Virus record (IMG/VR): IMGVR_UViG_3300008450_000004
Span: 52,882 to 116,881 of that record
Length of the DNA stretch: 64,000 nt
Direction: 5' to 3' (one strand)
Source of the DNA: a virus
A program made the translations under genes and the position numbers. Of this stretch, positions 31,609-39,721 are shown piece after piece (the stretch's first letter is position 1; the number at the start of each line of letters is the position of its first letter). The notes below the pieces were generated by a model. It was given only the letters and a program-made list of their open reading frames with translations, was not told the DNA's origin and searched no databases.

Positions 31609-32406
31609 ATGAAAATTCTTAAAGTATTTGAAGAAAAATTAAGATACAAAAACTATTCTAATAACAGTATCAAGTTATATATTTCTTATTTAAAACTTTT
31701 TTTAGAAACGGAAAAAATTAAAGACCCATATCAAGTAAGAACTCAACAGATAGTCTCATTCCTTGAAAATTACCCATATACTTCTTGTAGCCAACAAAAT
31801 CAATATATAGGTGCTCTTAAACTATTTGCTAAATATATCTTAAATAAAAAGGATATTCATTTAAGTAAAATAGAAAGACCTAAATCAGAAAAGAAATTGC
31901 CGAAAGTGGTAGATGGAGAGCTTATCAAAACACAACTACAAAAAATAGAAAATATTAAACATAAAGCAATTCTTAGTTTAACCTATTCAGTTGGACTAAG
32001 AGTATCTGAAATAGTTAATCTTAAAATCGAAAGTATCGATTCTAAACGAATGTTGATTCACATTAAAAACGCTAAAGGTAAAAAAGATAGAATTGTACCC
32101 TTATCACCAACTGTTTTGAATCTACTTAGAGAATATTATATAGAATATAAACCAAAAGAATACTTATTTAATGGTCAAAACTCAAATCAATATTCAATAG
32201 GTAGTTGTCAAAAAATCTATAAAAAATACATTGATGAGAATAGTTCAATACATAATCTTCGACATTCTTCATTTACCGGCTTATTAGAAAACGGAACTGA
32301 TTTAAGAATAATTCAAAAAATAGCAGGACATTCTAATATCAAAACTACTGAAATATATACTCACGTATCAAATCAACTCTTAGGTAAAGTGAATTTAGTT
32401 ATTTAG
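31609..32406 (+). CDS. tyrosine recombinase, integron-integrase-like (N-terminal SAM-like domain)
   Basis: GLRVSE (R), AKGKKDR (K), HNLRH, AGHSNIKTTEIYTHVS (H, Y); 265 aa. Confidence 0.92.
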   Translation: MKILKVFEEKLRYKNYSNNSIKLYISYLKLFLETEKIKDPYQVRTQQIVSFLENYPYTSCSQQNQYIGALKLFAKYILNKKDIHLSKIERPKSEKKLPKVVDGELIKTQLQKIENIKHKAILSLTYSVGLRVSEIVNLKIESIDSKRMLIHIKNAKGKKDRIVPLSPTVLNLLREYYIEYKPKEYLFNGQNSNQYSIGSCQKIYKKYIDENSSIHNLRHSSFTGLLENGTDLRIIQKIAGHSNIKTTEIYTHVSNQLLGKVNLVI

Positions 32407-32437
32407 AAAGTCAAATCTTCTTTATTATCTTTACAAT

Positions 32438-32995
32438 ATGAAAAAAATTTTAGTAATACATCCTGATGATAGGTCAACCGATTTTTTAAAACCAATATAT
32501 GAAAATCTACCTAATATAACTGTTATTACAGGGGGTATTTCATATATGAATGTTAGACAATTAATAAAAGAGCATGATAGAGTAATAGCCATGGGTCATG
32601 GTTCACCTTACGGTTTGTTTTCAATGGGTAAATTTCCTAATTCAGGTGGTATGATTATTGATTCAATGATGGTAGATGTCTTAAGTGAAAAAAATAACAA
32701 CATATATATTTGGTGCAATGCAGATCTGTTTGTTGATAGATATAAATTAAATGGTATATACTCAGGTATGTTTATTTCTGAAGTAAGTGAATCAATTTAC
32801 TGTGGAATACCTTCAACTCAAGAACAAATAAATGAATCAAATAATACATTTGCTAAAGCATTAGGAGAACAATTATTAATTGAATCATCACTTGAACGAG
32901 TATATGATAATACAAATCAAGCTTATCGCTTATTATCTGAATTAAATCAAGTTGCTAAATATAATCAACAACGATTTTATTACGCTTTAGATTAG
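32438..32995 (+). CDS. hypothetical protein with possible His-Cys dyad (peptidase-like)
   Basis: MGHGSPYG...IWCNA. Confidence 0.45.
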   Translation: MKKILVIHPDDRSTDFLKPIYENLPNITVITGGISYMNVRQLIKEHDRVIAMGHGSPYGLFSMGKFPNSGGMIIDSMMVDVLSEKNNNIYIWCNADLFVDRYKLNGIYSGMFISEVSESIYCGIPSTQEQINESNNTFAKALGEQLLIESSLERVYDNTNQAYRLLSELNQVAKYNQQRFYYALD

Positions 32996-33442
32996 AAAAG
33001 GCAAAACAATTTTATTATATTTAAATAAATAAAAAGATTATGTATAAATGGAAAGTTACATTCACTACACCAACAGCAGGTGGACGTTCACTCACAGAAA
33101 TAATAGAAGCACAACAATGGTTTTATGCTAAAGCCATGTTAGAGTCAAAGTATGATAAAATTAAAATTCTTCAATATACACCTATTAATAAATAATATGA
33201 ACGCAATAAAAATAGTATATTACTCAGAGGTTATAAATAATATGGGTAGAACAGAAAGCTCTGCTAAAGGACATAATATATTTTCCGTTCTGAACAACCC
33301 ATATGAGTGGACTGATGATATGGAGTTTTATGATGAAGGAGGGCAAAAGTACTTTATTGATGACCTTATAGGTAAAGAAGTATCAGTACCGGATATTGGA
33401 ATATTTACTGTAGAAGAATAAAAATTTAAAATAAAAATAAAT

Positions 33443-33763
33443 ATGACAACAATAGCACAGCAATTAAAAATTAAAGAATTTCCATTTTTTATTAAAGACT
33501 CTAAAGGAAATTTAATCTACTATGAAAATTCATATGGTTCTTGGAGTAAATATGAATATGATTCAAATGGAAACGAAATCTACCGTGAAATATCAAACGG
33601 ATATTGGAGTAAACGTGAATTTGATTCTAATGGAAACGAAATCTATCGTGAAAATTCATATGGAACAATCATAGATAACAGACCTAAAACAGTTGAATTA
33701 ACAATGGATGATATTGCTAAGATGTTAAGAATTGACGTTAATAATTTAAAAATAAAAAAGTAA
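33443..33763 (+). CDS. tandem beta-repeat protein
   Basis: repeats of (EY/EF)DSNGNEIYRE(N/I)S.G. Confidence 0.65.
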   Translation: MTTIAQQLKIKEFPFFIKDSKGNLIYYENSYGSWSKYEYDSNGNEIYREISNGYWSKREFDSNGNEIYRENSYGTIIDNRPKTVELTMDDIAKMLRIDVNNLKIKK

Positions 33764-33768
33764 ATAAT

Positions 33769-36443
33769 ATGAGCACATTTAAAACATTACCAAGTAATCA
33801 AATCAATGATGGTATCCAGTATTTAGCATTTTATCCTAATGGGTATGGCGCATCAATCGTTCAACATAGATTTTCATACGGGTACGATCAAGGCTTGTGG
33901 GAATTGGCGGTAGCTAAAGGTACTGAAGAAGATTGGAATATATGTTATGATACTCCAATTACGTCAGATGTGTTAGGTTACTTGTCTGAGGCTGAAGTAG
34001 AAGATGTACTTCTTCAAATAGAAGCTTTAGAGGCTAATCCTAAAATAGTACCTTATAGTGAAGGCACAGTAATATTAGATAAAATATAAAATATAAAATA
34101 TGTCAATAATGAGTTTATTAGGTATGTTATTTTTAATATTAGCATCTATACCAAAAAATAAAATTACCAAAACACCCCATAACGAAAATCTTATTAATTT
34201 GGTTTTATCTATTTTGTGTTTTGTATCATTTATATTATCAATGACGTTACATTAGTTTGTATAGCAAAATTATTTTTATATATTTAACATGAAAAACATA
34301 CATTTATTACCAACATCAAAACCAAGTAGGTTAGTATATTCAGGTAACAATAAAAATTTGTTATTTTCAAAAGAACCTATTTCATTTAGAACATTTGAAA
34401 GAAGTCCACAAAACATCTACATCACTTCTGATGAAGAAATTAAAGAAGGAGATTATATTATTTCCTTAGTTGATGATGAATCATTTGAAATGGTATGGAA
34501 ATGTGATAAATCTCAAATCAAAAATATGATTGATTTTGATTTAGAGTTTAAAAAAATAATACTAACAACAGACCAAGACTTAATTAAAGATAATGTACAA
34601 TCTATTGATGATGAGTTCCTTGAATGGTTTGTAAAGAATCCAAGTTGTGAGAGTGTTGAGGTGAAAATTGATTGTGATATATGTGCTTTAGAGTGTACAA
34701 CAATTAAATGTCCTAATTTGTTTTACAAAATCATCATTCCACAAGAAGAACGTAAACAAATTAAATGTTATTGTGGTCATACTATAACTTGTGATTGTGA
34801 ACCTTTACAAGAAACACTTGAAAAAGCTGCTGAAAAATTTTGGGATAAGTTAAGTTTTGACGATGCTTTTAAAGCAGGTGCTAAATGGCAAGCAGAAAGA
34901 ATGTATAGTGAGGAAGATATGATTGAGTTTGCAGAGTTTGTAGCCACTTATCCTGATAAAAATAAAAATATAAATGGTCAAATATTACATGCTAAATCAA
35001 AATATGATGGCTCTGAAAGAACAGTTGATTTATTAGAACAATTTAAAAAAAAATAATATGAATAAATATGACACTCAACAACATATAATAGTATGGATAA
35101 TGATACTAATACCTTTATTATGTTTGTTTTTATGTGATTAAGGTTTGAACAATTTAAAAAAATAAGACTTATGGAATCAGTAAAACAAACAGCAGTAGAA
35201 TGGTTAATAGAACAATTAACCCCTTCAATATCATTGCAACAAAAACATATTGATGAATTAAAAGAACAAGCCAAAGAAATGGAGAAACAGAGAACAATTT
35301 CATTTGCTTTACTTTGTATGCTTAGTAAACAAGACGTACACATTAATTTAAGAAATGACCTTGTTAGAAAGTACAACGAACAATACGGAGGTAACAAATG
35401 ACACCAAAAGAAAAAGCTAAAGAATTACTTGATAAGTTTGATTGGCAACAATCGCATTAAAAAAGATGCTAAAAGAAGGACAGCCTACATCCTTTGTAGT
35501 AATCAGGCTTATGATTTTAAAATTACATTTAAATAAAATAAATTATGAGTAAACCTAGTTATGAAAAATTATTTGAAGAAAATTGGAAATTAATAAAAGA
35601 AAATGTTTGGATTAAAAATAAGTAATAAAATAGATACTAATACCGGTATATTTCCAATAACACAATTTAAGTTTGATGAAAAAACCGGTTGTCATTGGGC
35701 TAGTTTAGGTAAAATTTGTGATTTAAACTATGGTGAGCGAGAATGGTTAATTTCCTGTCCTGAAGATGAGGGTTGTTGGATAAAATCTAAATGGAAAAAA
35801 TTACATAAAATGGAAGATAAAATTACGAGCACAGTAAATGCGCTAAAGAAGCAAATAAATGAATAAAGTTAGGTAGCACGAAAATGTAGTTAAGGGTGAC
35901 AAAAACGATAGTGTAGGGAAACCGAAAAGAAAGTTTCGGGCGCCCGAAAAATAAGGTTAGGGTGACGGGTGGAATGAGTTTAGGTGATTGGTGGGGGTGT
36001 GGTGGTGCAGGACGAGAAAATTATGCACAACACCACACCAATTCACAACGACTCATATATCAATATATATTATTCGCACATTTTGTACCAATTTTTTATG
36101 TTCTTTTGTATTTTTTGTATGTTTTTGTTTGTTTTGTCAAGGCTTTTTACTTATTTTTACCTAAACAATAAAACCAACCATGTCAAACGTAAAAATTAAG
36201 TCTATTTTTGAACAAATCTCAGAAATAGCATTCAACACAGCCGATTTAGGCTTTGCAAAACAACACACAATTGAATTTGTTTCATCAAAAAACATCAACG
36301 ACAAAGACAAACAATCAATTTTGTTCAATATTAATGAATGTAAAACCCTCTACAAATTTCAAAACTACATTGCTAATGCATTACTTAAATATGAAGGGTT
36401 AGGGGCAGACAGGATGGCGAATGAATATAAACAACACAGATAA
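33769..36443 (+). CDS. small accessory genes (33769-34089, 34289-35056, 35171-35401, 36180-36443 and others)
   Basis: ORF track; KNIHLLPT and KQTAVEWL family motifs. Confidence 0.55.
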
Positions 36444-36644
36444 CGCAAAGTAAACGCGCAAAAACACTATATACGAATAACTACAACATCCGTAAACCAG
36501 CAACATAAGTGGAGAAAAATAATATTAATTAAGATATACCATACATGGTAATATCAGGCGTTATTAATATGCTGTTTCGTATATTTTTTTACCTAAATTA
36601 GACAACCACTCCGGTTGTCTTTTTGTGTCCTCATATATTTATTG

Positions 36645-36870
36645 TTGTTCAAGGATGAATTCGTCTCAGTAGCCAGTGAGTTACTCAACCTAGTAGCACA
36701 GCCCTTTGTGGCACCGCCAACAGTTATAGTCTAGAGAACAAAACAACTAATGGAACTGTATGATATCCAGATAACGCATATCAAAAACAAAATGTAGCAA
36801 CTGTGGGAACTCCAAAAAATGAATCCAGCACGTATGGCTCAGCAGTAGTGTAAAACTGAGATAAGACATA
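36645..36870 (+). ncRNA. candidate structured ncRNA of about 220 nt
   Basis: no ORF; follows TATATTTAT; GTCTCAGT (36663) pairs with ACTGAGAT (36855); internal hairpins. Confidence 0.4.
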
Positions 36871-37086
36871 GAATAATTTTTGAAAACCTAGTACTTTTGT
36901 GCAGGCTATCTTTGTGCTCGGCACAGCTTTTTTTCGTATCTTTCCACCAATTTTATTTTAAAATTTTTACTAATTGGAAGGCACAATTATTTTTTGTATC
37001 TTGTAGCTAATGCTTTTTTACCACGAATTTTTTGTCAATTGGTAGGCATTATTCTTTTTACTATATTTATATAAAATATTTTTACA

Positions 37087-37476
37087 ATGACAAAACAATT
37101 AATAAACGAAGCCAAGCGATTCCAGGAATTAGCAGGCATTAACGAAGTTAAAATTCAACTATCACCTCTTAGTATAATTAGATTTTTGGAAGAATATGAT
37201 GATGAGGTTTCTAAGAAAATATTCGAACCCCTTATGCAGCAATATGGTATACCTAAAGAAATAGCTACATATTATGCGTGGACTCCAGCAGATTATATGT
37301 ATGGTGAGAATACAGCTGAGTGCTCTATTGAGAGTGAAGATGGGCAAGTATCTATTGTGGCTAGTCTTAAACCTTACGATACGGAACTTGAAGAGTTAGA
37401 TCCTGAATATTCTAATAGTCACCCATACAATATAGCAGGAAAAAATGTTTATATTATTGATACTGATAATTTTTAA
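37087..37476 (+). CDS. acidic protein with leader MTKQLINEAKRFQELAGI
   Basis: leader identical to 37673 ORF; remainder unrelated. Confidence 0.7.
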   Translation: MTKQLINEAKRFQELAGINEVKIQLSPLSIIRFLEEYDDEVSKKIFEPLMQQYGIPKEIATYYAWTPADYMYGENTAECSIESEDGQVSIVASLKPYDTELEELDPEYSNSHPYNIAGKNVYIIDTDNF

Positions 37477-37500
37477 TTAAAAATAAACACATTTTAAATT

Positions 37501-37529
37501 AAAGCGCTCACTACGAGCGCTTTTTTTTT
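37501..37529 (+). terminator. intrinsic terminator (further copies at about 38234 and 38950)
   Basis: AAAGCGCTC-loop-GAGCGC followed by a T tract. Confidence 0.8.
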
Positions 37530-37672
37530 GCCTCACAACAGCACTTGTTGCCTGGCAAAACCTAAATCGTATATTTACACCAATTTCTTTTTATCACAAA
37601 TTTTTTTTGAAATTTGTATTCTTCTTGGTAGGCATTATTCTTTTTACTATATTTATATAAAATATTTTTACA

Positions 37673-38230
37673 ATGACAAAACAATTAATAAACGAAGCCA
37701 AGCGATTCCAGGAATTAGCAGGCATTAAAAAACTAAATGAAAATATCTCCCCTAGTGGTAGAGCAGTTTGGATGCTCCAAAATCCAGGTAACCCAAATGA
37801 CACAATCCGAGAATTAGAATACGATGATAATACGGGTGAATTTGAGGTTTCTGACGATGGTTTTAAAAAAGGACCAATATGGGAAGCTGAAAGTGGGTTA
37901 TTTGATGATGTTACAGCTATTGGAAAATCTGATGGTAATACTTGGATATTAAAATTTGGGAATGCTGATGGTGAACCAATACTAGATGGATTTAAAGAAG
38001 GAGAGGATTTTATTTTTGTACCAAAAAGTAAATTACAACCATTAGAAACTGCATATTCTGGATTTTCTGGTGATGATATGGAGGGTATTCATGGGTATTT
38101 GAAAAATAACGACTGGGAATTAGAAACAGGCACAGAAGAATGGATGGATTTAGCCGATATAATAGGTGAAGAAAACATGTCTGAATATATAGATTTTATC
38201 GAGAATACATTAAAAATAAACATATTTTAA
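37673..38230 (+). CDS. acidic protein with the same leader
   Basis: as for 37087. Confidence 0.7.
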   Translation: MTKQLINEAKRFQELAGIKKLNENISPSGRAVWMLQNPGNPNDTIRELEYDDNTGEFEVSDDGFKKGPIWEAESGLFDDVTAIGKSDGNTWILKFGNADGEPILDGFKEGEDFIFVPKSKLQPLETAYSGFSGDDMEGIHGYLKNNDWELETGTEEWMDLADIIGEENMSEYIDFIENTLKINIF

Positions 38231-38336
38231 TTTAAAGCGCTCAATACGAGCGCTTTTTTTTACCTCACAACAGCACTTGTTGCTAGGCAAAACCTAAATC
38301 GTATATTTACACCACAATAAAATAAAAATAAAGGTT

Positions 38337-38615
38337 ATGGAAAATCAATTAGAAAAATTAGACGGATTTATGGGCACAGAAAGTGGTAAATCCTCAAAAC
38401 GTAGGGGCCGTCCAGCAGTTGAAGGCTCAAAACGCCAAGCTGTATTAGCTGCTCGCGCAGAGCGAGCTGCAAACGGAGCAGAAATTAAACGTGGTCGTCC
38501 GGCTTCAGAAACATCAAAGAACAACATCAAATTGCAAGAACGTGCTGAACGTATTGCTCGTGGTGAGGTAATTAAACCCGGTCGTCCAAAAATTAAAGCT
38601 GAGGTTACTGCTTAA
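38337..38615 (+). CDS. AT-hook (GRP-repeat) DNA-binding protein
   Basis: KRRGRP, KRGRP, KPGRPK. Confidence 0.7.
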   Translation: MENQLEKLDGFMGTESGKSSKRRGRPAVEGSKRQAVLAARAERAANGAEIKRGRPASETSKNNIKLQERAERIARGEVIKPGRPKIKAEVTA

Positions 38616-38698
38616 GGCAGTAACTTTTTACTAAAGGACCTGCGAATTTTTTGTTTGCAGGTTCTTTTTTTTGTATATTTATCTAAAAATTTTTAACC

Positions 38699-38938
38699 AT
38701 GAATAAAGAAAAAATACTAAAACATTTACGCAAGGCTGAAGAAGAAGTAAATAATATCTTAGATGATGCTATGAGCAATAATACTAGCATTACCAACATT
38801 GATTTAGAATACATGAGTCAGCAAATTAATAACCTTATTTCCGAACTAGAGGAAATTGATGAATTAGAGTCTGACCTAGAGGAGGACCCGTGGGAGGATA
38901 TTGAGGATGAGGATGATAAGCTGTTTGATGATTATTAA
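38699..38938 (+). CDS. small acidic protein
   Basis: D/E-rich C-terminus. Confidence 0.55.
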   Translation: MNKEKILKHLRKAEEEVNNILDDAMSNNTSITNIDLEYMSQQINNLISELEEIDELESDLEEDPWEDIEDEDDKLFDDY

Positions 38939-39189
38939 TGTATTAAATTAAAGCGCTCAATACGAGCGCTTTTTTGTGCGGGAGGGAGGGGGGGGGAAGG
39001 GAGGATCTGGAGCCCCAGAGCCTGAAACCTCAGACACCCGACACCCTAGAGGGAGGATCTGGAGCTCCAGGCTTTCATCTACTAAAGGCGCTATTCTTTT
39101 TTAAATATTATTACATAAAAATATTGGAAGGCAAGATTATTTGTATTATATTTACATCACAATTAATAAAAAACAAAAAAATAAAGGTT

Positions 39190-39618
39190 ATGAAAAATCA
39201 AAATGGATTAGCGTTATTTAACGCAATGAAAGAAGAAGCCAAATCATTAGGTATTGATGTTACAGGAATGAAAAAGGCTGAAATCGAAGCAGCAATCGTA
39301 GCTAAACAAGAAGAGTTTGTTACTCAAAACACAGATGATGTAGACCCTCAAACGGATGATGTTGTAATTAACATTACAAATGAGGGAGTAATCAAATCAA
39401 CTAGACCAGGTAGACCAGTAAATTTAGACAGTGTAAGACAAAAGACGCTTGCTGAAAAGCAAAAGTTACGTGAGGAGGGTTTATTGAGAAGAGGTAGACC
39501 GGCTGTAGAAAATTCAGCTCGCCAACAGAGAATGCAGGCGCGTGCTGAAAAGTTAGCCGCAGGTATTCAGGTTAAACCAGGACGTCCTAAGGCTGTTAAA
39601 ATAGAAGTTGTTTCATAG
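39190..39618 (+). CDS. AT-hook protein, paralog of 38337
   Basis: RPGRP, RRGRPAVENS, KPGRPK; start moved to the ATG after the promoter motif. Confidence 0.7.
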   Translation: MKNQNGLALFNAMKEEAKSLGIDVTGMKKAEIEAAIVAKQEEFVTQNTDDVDPQTDDVVINITNEGVIKSTRPGRPVNLDSVRQKTLAEKQKLREEGLLRRGRPAVENSARQQRMQARAEKLAAGIQVKPGRPKAVKIEVVS

Positions 39619-39721
39619 TTAATAGTTGTTTTATTTAACATAGCGTCTCAGAAATGAGGCGCTTTTGTTTTGTACGTCAAAGTAATTTTGTTATTTTTAT
39701 ATCACAATTAATAATTAAACA

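Larger units (their letters stand above)
37039..38313 (+). repeat. two tandem modules with identical 5' ends (about 100 bp) and near-identical 3' ends (about 85 bp)
   Basis: 37039-37142 equals 37625-37728; 37494-37582 resembles 38225-38313. Confidence 0.9.

Noticed and set aside
31609-32406. prophage integrase or lysogeny module
   Set aside because: No repressor or excisionase nearby; the sequence is IntI-like and sits beside the cassette array. A Xer-like resolvase role is not fully excluded.
37039-38313. diversity-generating retroelement
   Set aside because: No reverse transcriptase, and no adenine-specific mismatch pattern between the repeats.
38974-39189. N-terminal extension of ORF 38974-39618
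   Set aside because: It runs through the G tract and promoter; the real start is likely 39190.
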